Shown here: in pieces, positions 26,001 to 39,200 of the stretch
How positions within the stretch are numbered: the stretch's first letter is position 1
How the letters are laid out: the number at the start of each line of letters is the position of its first letter
Assembly: GCA_043228905.1 (NCBI GenBank)
Contig: JBHGNT010000014.1
Location: 2,604,001 to 2,668,000, forward strand
From: Azolla caroliniana
Lineage: Eukaryota; Plantae; Polypodiophyta
Direction of reading: 5' to 3'
Length of the DNA stretch: 64,000 nucleotides
Translations under genes and position numbers: made by a program
The notes under the pieces: generated by a model
The model's input: only the letters and a program-made list of their open reading frames with translations
Told to the model about the DNA's origin: nothing
The model's database searches: none

Positions 26001-27211
26001 AGAATCTGCAACTCTTTAAATGCCTTCTCTCTCTAGAATCTGCAATGCTTTAAATGCCTTTTCTCTCTTCTACCTTTTCCAAGATATTCCTAGTTTTTTG
26101 TACCTGTTTGGTAGTACAAGAGTCACTTAACTACCAAACAGCCATTTCACCCACATTCCCCAATTTTGTATAAATAGGCTATACCAGCCTCTTTTGTATA
26201 AGTTTTCATTTTCTTTTTTGCTACTTAAAACAAGCTCTATTCCTTGGCTGTGTCTCTACTCTTTGCAACCATTTTTTCTACTGCTGTCTAACAGCCTTCT
26301 CACAGCTTGGCTGTGCCTATTTTGTTTTAAGTCGTCCGCTGCTGCTATTAACAGCTTTTCTCACAGAATCATGAATATGTTATAATTGGAATGCCCACAG
26401 TGATTGTAATTTTAGAATAAGACTGGAATATTGATTTTGGAACTTGGTGATACATGGTTACTTTTATGATGTGAGTGTGAAAGACACCTTTTTATTTTGC
26501 GAAACATGGACAGCCATGGTTCCTCCCCTGCAGAAGTTGCATCAAAATGTAACATCACATTTGCGATGCTTGCAGATCCTGCTGCTGCAGTTGAGTAGTG
26601 AAATTGTGACATTTTCCAGTACTAATTTTCATTTCATAAATTGTAGAATGAACACACTAATATATATTCTAACATTTTGTAGTTGGAAGTGGCATCTGGG
26701 AAGCTAGGCGTCATACAAGGCTTGGGACCAGGGAAAGGGCAAGTACCCTACATCTTGTTATCAATTTATAGAATCTGTTTGCATATTTCTAAATGAATGG
26801 CATGTGTATCATTTGCAATAGTTTGTTTAAGGTTGAAAAGTGGAAGAATATTCCACTCAAACAATTCCTGGGCAAAATATTTCACTACCCTAATAGTATA
26901 TTAGAGGAATTTCTGTTAGTATGGTCTATTAATGCAATGGCAAAGCCAATGTATAAACAGGCTAGCCAGGCTCATGTAAGGTACAATGTTCTGAATCTTA
27001 CATTACACCTAATCCTCACTAGGTCATTATATAATGACCTGTAATTAACTATGACCATGATAACATAGGCCAGAATTCGACATCCCATTTGTCTGAAGGC
27101 TATTGTAAAGTAGAAAATTGCAGTATTTGAGCGCCAAAGAGAATGATCCCATAATCACTATCTACTTTTAAGAGAAGTGCAAACAAAACCCTTGAAGTCA
27201 ACATAATGGTA

Positions 27212-27248
<37 letters not shown>

Positions 27249-30200
27249 GAAATATTAACGTCTTTTAAGAGGCCAAAATGGCCTATAAGACCAAACAAGA
27301 GATTACATCTGAAGTGTTGTCTTGTCTTTGAGAACAACAAATCAAAAAAAAAAAGTAAATAATACTCCGTAAATATAAAAGTATATAAGATAAAAAAGAG
27401 ACGAGGGAATCTGGTTTTCGGCACATGTGAGATTCTCAAGTTAGACATATTGTAGCTTTTGTCTTTGAAAGATCTCTAGCATAGGTCGATCCAGAATGGA
27501 GATGTCTCCGAAGCGATGGAAGAACCTGTGATGGTGGGAGATAATGGCTTTTATCTGTCGATGACAAGGGTGTCAAAGCCTTGCGTAGTGGGCCAAAGCC
27601 TTGTTTAAAGAGGCAATGGTATCTCCCTCTGATTTCATAAAAGACACTACAATGACAAACATAGTGTTCTTCGGATTCCACTCCTTGATGACACAATTGG
27701 CAAATTCCCTCATGGAAGAGGAGTGAACCAGCCCATGGATTCCCTCATTGTATGATACCGTATGACATCAATGTCCTTGCACAGTGAACTGCCTAGACAT
27801 CATGCTCAATCTTGGACATTGATACTATTTATCCTCAGATGCAGGCTATGTCTTCTATGTGATAATTTATGTATCCTTGGGTATCTGGAGTGAGCCAAAG
27901 TAGCCCTGCTCAGTCAAGCAATCTCCTTGTATGAGGTGATGGTCATGCTTACTCACTTCTCTTGGCCTGATCTTCTAAATATATCTGGCATCTGCCGTTG
28001 TACAGACCTTGCTAGTTTTATTCCTCAGGAGAGACTCTCTAATAAAAACAGCTCCTAACATCTCATATCATAGACATCCATGACCTAGGCCTCAAGTCCC
28101 TACAGCTTGTGATCTCCAGGCTGTAATGATCTGAGCCTGCTGCAGACTGACCCTCTCTGTAATGTAGCGATTACAGATAAGAATTTTGAAAAGGAAGAGA
28201 CACAATGTTGTTTTATGTGGCTTGACTATGCCAATAAGAGGGGGACCAATAGCTAGGAATGCCAGTCTATTAGATTTTATGACCTGATTTCAAAGTTTTT
28301 TCGATGGATGCACACCTTTCGAGGAATTGTCAGCAAGAACCTACACCCACCTACAGTGTACCAATAAAAAATGTAAAAGATTTTGTTTGAAATAGATATG
28401 TAACATCTTGTTTTCTTCTTTTAAAATTCGGATATTTTTTCCATCTTGTTTTCTCATCTAATTTGTAATTGTGCCATTGGCATGTGGAATCAATGGAACA
28501 CTGTTTGCCATCATACTGCCTGCTACAAAATTAAGAGGGAGTGCCTCTGCCTCTTTTAACAAGGCTATGCTCTGTTTCACTCCACACGATAATAGAATAT
28601 GAAGACCAAGAATGTGTGGGACTGCCCTTGTTAGGAATCCTGAGACATAGAAGGAAAGAAAGAAAGATATATAAGCATCTTTTAAGAGGGTAATAAAAAG
28701 GAGAAAGAGAAAAAGACGAAGAACCCATCTGGGGGGGATGAGAAATCTATCTGTTGATATTATTCATAGTTCTGTCTAAAGGGAGTGGTGGTGGATCCAC
28801 CAAGTCTATTCTGTAGCCAGCTTCTTCATGTTCCGTTTTGGCTATGCAATTCAGTTCTGTGGCAGCTAAGGCTGTTTTGGAATGGGGGAAGGTCATTGAT
28901 TTCAATACCTTGAAGCTTCAGCGAGGCACTCAGTTGTGCATATCAGCATTGGATACCTTGTTCTCTTCCTAGATATTTTGATGAGTTAAGTGCCAATTAT
29001 GGGTATGTTTATCGTGTGAGGTCTTGTAATTTCTGCAGCAAGCCGACTGGTTGGGAGAGGACTTCAGTGACCGCTGTGAAAATCAGGATTTCAGAGAACC
29101 TAGAACATGTCAACTTTCAGACTATCACAATTGGAAAATCTGAAATTCCAGCAATTCGCTTCCACATCATATGTGTGTGTGTGCGCGAATCTAGAGATGT
29201 AAATCTATCATATATCATGTATGTATATGATTTATTTTACAAACAATTTCATTACTATGAAACGAAATGAAACCTCAAAACCTTTTGTGCCACATTGCTG
29301 ACCTGCATTAGTAGGTATGTACGTTGTTTACTTGTTTGAGTATTAAGCACATCTTATTAATGGTTACATATGTGGCTTATAATTCACTCTTGTTTTTTAC
29401 ATAGAAATGCAATTCTTCATGGCCAGAGTTTGGACCTATCAATCATGACGGAGACATTAACTATTCTTAAGATTAATATTAGATCTCTCAGAAGTGGTGG
29501 ATGCATTAATGTAGTGCCCCATGGGCAAGCATTAAACAAACACTCACAATGTTAATAGCAACTGTACACTGAATGGATAGATGCATTACATTATTGAATA
29601 TATACAAAATTCATAACTTTTTTTTTTGTTTTATAGATATGTGGATGTGTCAACGGTAGATGTTGAAACATCAAAAACGATTAATAATCTTGTGAAACCG
29701 ACTGGTGCTCTGTTTCTTGAGGTATATATTCACCCTCCATTAACTTTATATCATTTTCTTTCAAGCTGTTTGAACTAAAATATAATGTGGTGTATAAAAC
29801 ATGTTATTACCATTCACATATCAAAGCTATCTACAGAGCTTTAGTAAGAAAACCATAGTTGTTTTTAGCCTTCAACTATCATCAGCTTTGGTAATATCGA
29901 TTCTACTGTGAAGGGGCTATTATAATTTTCATTGATGTGTTGTAGGCTCCATGTAACTGATGTGCTAAGCTTAATAATGTGGACCTGGCCTACTGCATTC
30001 TTAACTGGCCTAAGATTTGTATTCCATTACTTTGTGGAATGGTCAAAGACTTACTTGAACAGGCAGTGATGCTATCTTCCCTTATTTCATTGCAAAGAAT
30101 ATAATGGAAAACATAATATGACATTCCAGATTCAGTTCTCCAAAGTTGTGTATATGTGCCCTATCATACAACGGAGACACTGATCTGAAATGAGAGGTAC

Positions 30201-33200
30201 TGATCTGTCCTTTCGTATGACCGAGTGAATTAGAGAGATATGTACCCATGTAAGGGGTCTGAATGATATACCCATCAGATTACATGCATAAAACTTTAGA
30301 GTGACAGTGAACCATATTCCTCCCAAATGGCGCCTTGGGACTTTATCCATGTCCTTTCTATGTCCAATTTGATGATACGAGTTGGAATCACTCTATTTTC
30401 CACATGGATTATATCCAGACAAGGGTAGGTAACACTATCAGAATGGTCAACGATTTGAGCATGCCAACAAATGCGAATCTCAAGTACCTTTGCCTTGCCT
30501 TTTTTGCACAGTAATGTTTAAGGTAATTAAATTACCACAAAACCCATTACGGTAAATAAGATACATCTTGTTTCGCAGGCACCTGTTTCAGGCTCAAAGA
30601 AACCTGCAGAGGATGGGACTTTGATATTTCTTACTGCAGGTGAGTTCTCATAATTCTATGATGTTTAATTCGTAGAAACTAACATTGCTGCAAATCTCTC
30701 AAGGGATTGTGCATCCAAAACATATTAGAATAGTCTATGGCAGCAAATATAGAGGCATCTATAATATGGTGGAGATAAACATATTGTTGAGCGAACAAGC
30801 TCAACATGGGCCGGATCGGTTGAATAAGTTGAGAGCCGGATTGGGTGAAGATTGATCGACCAGGCCCATATCAGATCAGGAAGCCGTATTGGGAATCGGA
30901 TTAGTGAGCCAAATCCGTGTGGAGCTAGTAGGCCGTTAGAGGCCTACAATCCTAGATGACTAGGAAGTTATATTCCTAGGAGTTAGTGTCAGTAGCTCAA
31001 TTATGAGCATTGAAGTACTTGTGAGTACTTCGGTCAGTCCTTTATGGACTTGTATAAAAAGTGCTCTCTAAGCACATGTAACTATACAGAGTGTTATTTT
31101 GAAATCGAGTTTTCTATGTTATGCTCTCTCTCTCTCTCTCTCATGGCCATAGCTGCTTGTGTTTTCTGCAATGTTTAATCCTTTGCGTTGAACAATGGGA
31201 ATGTCTGTCTGTGTTTTCTGGCCATAGGAATTCCTAGAATCTATATTGTTCCCTCTTTCCCTCAGCATTTCATACCTTGTACCTACTGCCCTAAGACACC
31301 ATGGAGTCCGAATGGACAAAAAATGAAAATATGGATCTTAACACACACGGAAAGGGTCTAGATCCATGCAAGACCCCTAGAAGATACCATAGACGAAAAT
31401 GACGGGATGGAAGCACCCTGAATAACGTTAGAAGGGTGCAAAAGGCACCCAGAACGCAGGCCCCATTCAACATTCCATTTGATATCGAAAATGGGAAACA
31501 TGATCTATTACGCCATTTGATTACACAAGAGATCAATCTTATCAGAGAGGATATAGAAATAACACTAAAAGAAGAAATGAAAAAGGAGATAGAGAAACAG
31601 AAAACAAAGTTGTATGCCTCTCTCAAGACTGAGTTATTAGAAGAGATGCGGAAAGACATAATAAGGCATGTGAAGAAATCACACTTAGAGCTCACGGATG
31701 ACATGACACAATACCTTAAGGATGAAATATCCTCAAGTAAGGTTGAGTTAGGAGCTATAAAAGTGGATTTAGAAAAAGGACAAGAAGTAGTGGAAAGATG
31801 CATCTCTACAGTGAAAGCCAATGTCACTAAGGAAATGCAAACATGGCTAGACATGGCTAAAGATGCCAAAGCTCAAGCTGAGCATGCCCAAAAAGAAATT
31901 AAAGCAAATGCTGCTTGGATAGAGGTAGTGAAAAAGCAAAAAGCAACATCCATGGATAGGATGGAAATGATGATTGCTACATTAGAAGAAGAAGCCAAGA
32001 GGAAAGCTCGTGCGTTGCATGTATACGAGTGGTTGGTTGGGTTGAAAAAGGAAGCCCACAAGAAGATGCCAAGAATCTTGGAACAAAGATTGGGGCATTA
32101 GATATTCCATTTGCTTCAACTTGGAGGGTGGGAAGAGATGAGTTTAGAGCTAAAACCCTTATCATCCGCTTCATGGATATTGACAAGAAAAAAGTTTTTT
32201 TCTCTAAAAGAATGGCACTCAAGGGTGAAAAAATATACTTAGATGACGATCTCACTCCTGCCCAAGTGGCACACCGCAAAGAAAACATGCCACGAGTGCT
32301 TGATGCAAGAAAGGAAGGAAAATGGGCGGTATATAGAGATGGCAAGGTCATTATTACAGAGAAGAGAACTGCATGACGATATATGGCCTATGAGACCTTA
32401 TGCATGACTATATGGAATTGCAATGGCTCTCTACGAACAAATGTCAAATATTTTGAAGATACCTTCAAAAACACAAATATTGTTATGTATACAGAGCCCC
32501 ACCAATGCATGGTTAGCAAACTCCCTGAGGTACAAGGATATAGATGGGAGTCAATATGCCGTCCCCAACCCTTGAACACCAGGAAGCACTAAAGGTTCGG
32601 GAGGAGTGGTTGTGCTATACAAAAAGGAGCTCCATGATAGTATTGTGGAAATCGGTAAGGGAAAGCCGAGACGGAATGCTGGTATTGTGGCCGGAAGGGT
32701 CACTGAGAAAGCGAATGCTGGTAAAAGAAGGCTGATTTGGACAAATCCGGATCCGATTGAACCGAACAAGGGAATCTGCAGCGTTCGCACGACGCCGAAG
32801 GATCCAGAATTGGAAAGGGCCTAGCCTTTGTGATGACGCACAAGGCAAATTCAATGAAGAAGAGCACTTGAAAATTGAACAAAGTGTGGTATGGCGACTC
32901 TAGAGCATCGAATCATATAACGAGCCACGAAGAATGGTTCTCATATTTGGAGAAATTGGAACAATTGGGAGTGTTCAAAACCGGTGACGACACTTCGCAT
33001 ATGATTGAACATGTCGGCGATGTCCCCTTGAGTCATGTCAGATAGAAGGGGAGACTAATGAACGTACTACACATCCTGACAATTACAAAAAACTTGGTGT
33101 CGATCGGACAGATCTTCGACCAAGGGATGCAGGTCCGGTTCACACATCTCGAGTGCTTCATCGAAGAGGAAGGCCAGGTCATTGCACTAGGGCGCCGAGA

Positions 33201-36200
33201 AAGGAGGATGTTCATCCTCTACACAAATGACGTCGGCACCACTCTGTTCGTTAAAGGACAAAAAGTCAATTCGGATATCGACTTGGGGCAGAAGCGGATT
33301 GGCCACGTCAACTACCAAAGGCTTCAAGAATTGCATACGCAACAAGTTGTGTTCAGTTTGTCGAGATTCAGTGGTAGGAAAACCCAAATTTGTGAAGCTT
33401 GCCAACTAGAGAAACAACACTGACTTCTATTCCCTAGAGCGAAACGGCGTAATCGAACGGAAGAATCAGTCGATTGTCGAAGCGACATGGGCAATGCTAG
33501 AGGAGAAAAGCATGCCCAAGTTTTATTGGGCAGAAGCGGTTCGGACAGCGGTCTACATCTACAATCAGATCGGAGAGAAGGTGTAGGCACACGAGTTGTA
33601 TTTCGGGTCAAACTTGAGACACTTGAGGGTATTCGATAGCATTGCGTATGTGCATGTGCTAGATGAGAAGAGGAAGTTGGACGTTAAGTCGGAAAAGTGT
33701 ATCCTAGCCAGCCACTCACAAGAACAGAAGGGGTAGAAGTGCTATAACCCCCGAACCAAACAAGTCCTGGTATGCTCTTCCAACAACTCTGACCCCCAAC
33801 AACTCCGACCACCCGATTACTGAGGATGAGGGCATTGAGCCCAAGATGATTCGGGAAGAAGAAGAAGAAGAATTCGGCACTCCGGAAGAGAGTCTGATTG
33901 TTTGAATGAAGAGCTAAGTTGGAATGTCTAGTTGAATAAAGAGTCGGCGAGCAGTGACGACTCAGCTGTGCATTACCCACGCAAGGCAAAGGAGGACATG
34001 GTATGCGCGCAAAGAGAAGGGGAAGAGAGGATGTCGGAGTACGGCCTGGATAAGTGTGCATCGGATCTGGGAGAATCTGACACCAACAGAAGTGAAGACG
34101 AACCTCAAGTGTTGAGATGAGATGTGGCCAAGAGGGCCATAAAATCAGCGAATGAGAAGCTTCGTTGATCGTCTCGCCACAAGAAGCCAAATTTTTTTGC
34201 CACGATAGTCTTCTTCCTCCGGCTCGTCTTCCTCAGAATCGTTGTTATTCCGGCGATTCCGGTAGTGCCGGTCATCGTGTGGGTTCCGATCCATATACCG
34301 AGGTCGTTCTTCTTGACGCCTTTGCTCATTACGGCGAGGGGGGTGCTGTGTTTCCATGCTTCGTATTGTGGGCTTGGCTCTGTTCAACATATTGTACTCA
34401 CACTGCTCGACCGTGTGTGCCTTCGAGTGACAGATTAGGCAGTGGATTCGCATGTTGCAGTCGACTGCGGAATGCCCAGAATTCAAGCAAATCGTGCACT
34501 GGATTGCCTGGCGGAAGTGTCGTTCCTCGTCCTGAGGTAACGGTTGCCATAATGAGGACATGGAAAACCTTTCTTCTTCTTCGTCTAGCTCGAGCTGCAG
34601 CGCTCGTTCTATGACCATGTCGGCCGTTTCACCTTTCACGCTATTGTTGTTGAGCGTCGTCCGTATCGGTCGTTGTAGAGCTGCCAGGAATGTCTCCCGA
34701 GCCTAGTCCTCTATCGGGCCCCGTTCTAATTTCCGTAGGAGATTTTGGAAGCGTAAACTGAAATCCGCAACAGTCTCGACCAACAATTGTTTAATTGTAT
34801 AAAACTGTCTGAGGATTTCACGTTCTGGCACCTTCAGATGAAAGAAACCCAAAAAGGCCAACTGCAGCTGGTCGAAGGTCTTGATTGCTGGTAGATCCAT
34901 CTGAGAATGCCAAAATGCCGCTCTCCCATCTAGAGTTAATCCGAACTCTGTCATTTTGGACTGATGTGCAACTTCTTCGGGAAGGCTCTACACCATGGGA
35001 TTTGCATTCTAGACATTTAGGAACAAGCGAATCTGGGTTGCGGTGTCGGTTTCACCGTTGAAGCGGGGATACAAGAAGGCCATGTTGGACACTACGGCGG
35101 GCAGGGAAGGACCACGGTGCTTGTGTGGTGAGCGAACTTTCGGTCTGTCGCCGGGGTATTTGGTGAGCGGGAAGTCGTTTTTGTGGTCCCGACAGGTATC
35201 ACTAAGGTCACTGAGGCGAGGTTTTTGTCGTGCGCGTTCCTCTGCCTAGCGTGTGATGGACCTTGTGATTGGTCGGTCTTGTCGTGTTGGTTCTCTAAGA
35301 CGTTTGTAGCTAAACATCCATTCATCACTGTTCGTCTGTGAGAAGACACAGATCACCAACTGTGCCAAAAGTGTTACCAATTAGGAACACAGTCTTCAAT
35401 CTGTCCTTCGACCTAGACGTCAAGGTGATTGCGTTTCCACGAATGGTACCGTCGTACCGTAATACGTAACGGGATAACTTTTCGTATCCTAGTAGCGTAT
35501 AAGAGAGACGGCTACAACCTGTCATGGACACACCAAATGCGGACTAAGACAGAGCACGGATGATGAGGCTACGACGGAGCGATGATGGAATGACACAAGA
35601 GCATAAAGATAGAGATGAAGATTAACGAGAGAAGATGGGCGAGAAGAGAATACTAGATTGATATGTCCATGACTGGCGTTGTTCACCTTGAATTCCTTCA
35701 AGGTGAACTCAACTATTTATACTAAGTGGCATGCATACCTGTTGCACGCATGTGATACAATAGAGCATGTAGGCAGTAGGTACGCATGCATGTGCTAAGT
35801 GTAAATAATACAAGGGAGAAATTATGCACATGATGCTAGCTAAAACCTACAATGAGGAAGTATATACATGATTGTATGTTAGATGTGTGGTTAACACATA
35901 ACACTCGATTATAACTTGGTCATGCCAAGAGTTCGAATCTTGACACAACCGAACTCCCTAGACAGTGCACTAGTCGTAGCACTCGTACTCACGCCTACGC
36001 TTCGTACGATTACGGTTATAATGAGTACATGGCGCACCATTATGCGTACATGACGAAAGTGGTTGAAGTTCACGAGCTATGTGGAGGCATCACAGGATGC
36101 CAAATGGTGTGCAGCCATGGAGGAAAAAATGTGGGCACTAGATGCCAACGAACATGGGACTTTGTTGACCCTCCTCGACATTGCAAACCGACCGGATGTA

Positions 36201-39200
36201 AGTGGGTATACAAAGGGAAATACAATGTCGATCTGTTCGATGAATCAGTACAAGGCCAGATGTGGCCAAGGGATATGCGCAGAGTATATTAAAACACCAA
36301 TATAGAGTATTATAAAAACGGGACCACACGCTTAGATAAAAGGGAGTTGTTTAAACACGTTAAACAAACACTTAAAAGAAAGATTATTATTATTAAAAAA
36401 GAGAGAGATTGAGATTAAAAAATGATTATGGTTACGAAGGGATTATGATTAAGGGGGAAGGGGTTACTTATACAAAGTACTTAAACGAATGTTTAAACAA
36501 ACACTTAGATAAGAAAACTCTTCGGCAAACACTTAAAGCAAGGTTATGATTAAAAGAGAAAGGAGGGATTATGATTAAAGAAAAGGTTCATGTCTAAGAA
36601 GAGGATGATTCTGATTAAGAGAGGAGAATACTTAAACAAAAAGCTAGACCAAAAAATGATTGAACAAGTACTTAAAAAAAGGGGTTAAACAAGTACTTAA
36701 TAAAAAATGATTAAATAAATACTTAAAAACTTAAGACAAAAAAATTTGACAAAAATGTGATTAAACAAGTACTTAATAAAAATTGATTAAATAAGTACTT
36801 AAGAACTTAAGACAAAAAAATAGATGAGAGCAACACATAGAAGGAAAGAAAGTTTTACTATCATAAGGCAACGATCGGCAAATGCATTTCGCCTCGATGG
36901 AGGCTCTTTAGTGCCCGATGTACAAATGATGAAAACTAAGCCTACTAGGTTGCTCTTTTTATAGGGAGAGGGAGGAGAGTCTTTTGTATGTGGGATATAC
37001 AAAAGTGTGTACAAAGGGAAGGTAAAAGAGTGTACACAAGACTTTAGGTGGGGGTTAAGAGGGGTGAGAGTACACAAAACTTTAGGTGGGGGGAAAGGAT
37101 GAGTGTACGAGGTGGTTTCTTAGCTTTTTACCATTTAGCCAACACGTGAGAGGGGGTGGAACTATATTGTGGTTGACCTAGAAGGGGTTTAAGTTTGTTT
37201 CTCATGAGCGCTCTGATTTGGAGTTTTCTGATACATGGGGAGTAATGAAGCTTAAAAACAATGGGTGGAGGTTTTTTGCTGTTTGGTTGGTTAGAGAATA
37301 GTTGGTTTCGTATGGAGTAGGGGACGATCGAAAAACACTTGAGTAGGAACTTCGACGGGTAGCTTCTAGCTCTTAGGCGGTCGTAGAATTTTTTGCGTAG
37401 TTCCATGTAGCCATTTTCCGTTTTAGTTCTCTCGTGATGAAGCCCTTTTTGTGTGCTATGGGGTGCGAGGATTTCCACGGGAGGTACATGTAGGCATTGA
37501 GATGTTTTTGGTGGCATGCAATGTCGAGGATGCCGAATTCTTTAAAGTATGGGCCTTTGAAGAAGACGACGTCCAGGATGGTGATCTCTTTAATACGGGA
37601 GGTTGTTGATTCAATACGGATGTGTTGTTGTAGAGGCACGCCGTATTGGTGCAAGAAGGTATGAAGCGTATCGGGGGAGCCTTCCCAAACTCCTAAGGCG
37701 TGGGTCGTGGAACTGGGGGTCGAGGGACTAAGGGTCGAGGATAGGACCGTGTGGTGGATTTGATGGTCTCGAGGTGAGACATTGATTGTTTCATAGGTGG
37801 GGTTAGGGAGGTAGGTGGTGGTACATTCATCGAGACAAATATAGGGTATGTGGGGGGTATGGGATGTGTGGGTGGTATGGGATTGGGTCCTTAAGAAGGA
37901 GGTGGGGGCAGTGGGTGATGAATTTGATGTTTTGTGTGTCCTTGTGCCCCCGTTTTTTGTCGAGGGCATAGCCATGTTTTTTGGATGTGTGTTGGGGTTT
38001 TCCTTATTAATTTTCTCTAGGAACAGTTTAAGGTAATTGTCTACTTGATTCTTGATCTTTTTTAGCCCATCATCTATTAGAGTATTTATTGTTTTTTCTT
38101 TGCCCATCGTCATGGATTTCGAGACGATGGCGTCTTGGGTTGATTTATAGCCGCTTTAGTTTTAGCTTCTAAGGAAATCTGTATGCTAAATTCTAAGGTG
38201 GCTTGTTCTAGGTGGCTATTAAATTTAGCAAAAGTTTCATTTTTCCAATGTTGGAGTTTTTCCTCCCATTGGTTGTGCAATGGGATATCCGAGAGCATTG
38301 ATACAATGTGATAAAACTAATAGCTAGGGTTTTTTGGGCCTTTATTAACGCTAAGGTGCAATTTTTTCTATATTCTACAATGAGATCGTTTAGTTTTTTA
38401 TTGAGGATATTTTGTGCGTTTTCGTTATTTATCGTTACCCTAGGAGGGTTAATGCGCGAGTTAGGGATGAAGTTCTCCTTGAGATCGGTTTCATATTTAT
38501 GGAGTACTTCTTGGGCTCTATGGCGTTAGACAAGAGTTCTTTATATTCTAATACGGAGCCTTGGCAAATGGTGTCAAAGTGGACGTGAATAGGCAAGTTT
38601 TCTAAAGAGTTTTGTGCCTCGAGGGGCGGGTTTGAGTTTTTTATGCTAGTTTTTCCCTTTTCTTGTGTGTTTGGGGTTGTTATTTTCCTTTTACCTTTGT
38701 CTTGTGGATGTGGGTTTGTGTGGGAGTGGTGGTCGCTAGAGGACGCATGGGCGTGTTCAAAAAGAGGGTTTGTTATTGTAGGCATGCAAAGGGGATCTTC
38801 ACCACCCCATTCTAGGGGAGGTCAGCTGAAGGTATCAAACAACTTGTGAAAGAAGATGACAACAACCTAGCTTTCCAAACACCGCAACTACTCTACTACA
38901 AACGCCATAGGAGTTTGGGAAGGCTCCCGCGATACGCTTCACACCTTCTTACACCAATACAGCATGCCTCTACAACAACACATCCGTATTGAATCAACAA
39001 CCTCCCCTAAAGAGATCACCATCCTAGACGTCGTCTTCTTCAAAGGCCCATACTTTAAAGAATTCGGCATCCTCGACACCGCATGCCACCTACATGTACT
39101 TCCCGTGGAAATCCTCACACCCCATAGCACACAAAAGGGCTTCATCATGAGAGAACTAAAACGGTATGCTATCCGGGGGAGCTCAGAAAGTGGCTACATG

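Larger units (their letters stand above)
30785..36285 (+). mobile_element. Ty1/Copia family B, copy 3, heavily degraded and split by later insertions (LTR 30785-~31140, internal ~32646-34188 and ~36004-36285)
   Basis: The LTR start TGTTGAGCGAACAAGCTCAAC matches 5517 and 51134. Internal pieces align to B1/B2 ([34 protein letters not shown]). Confidence 0.85.
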
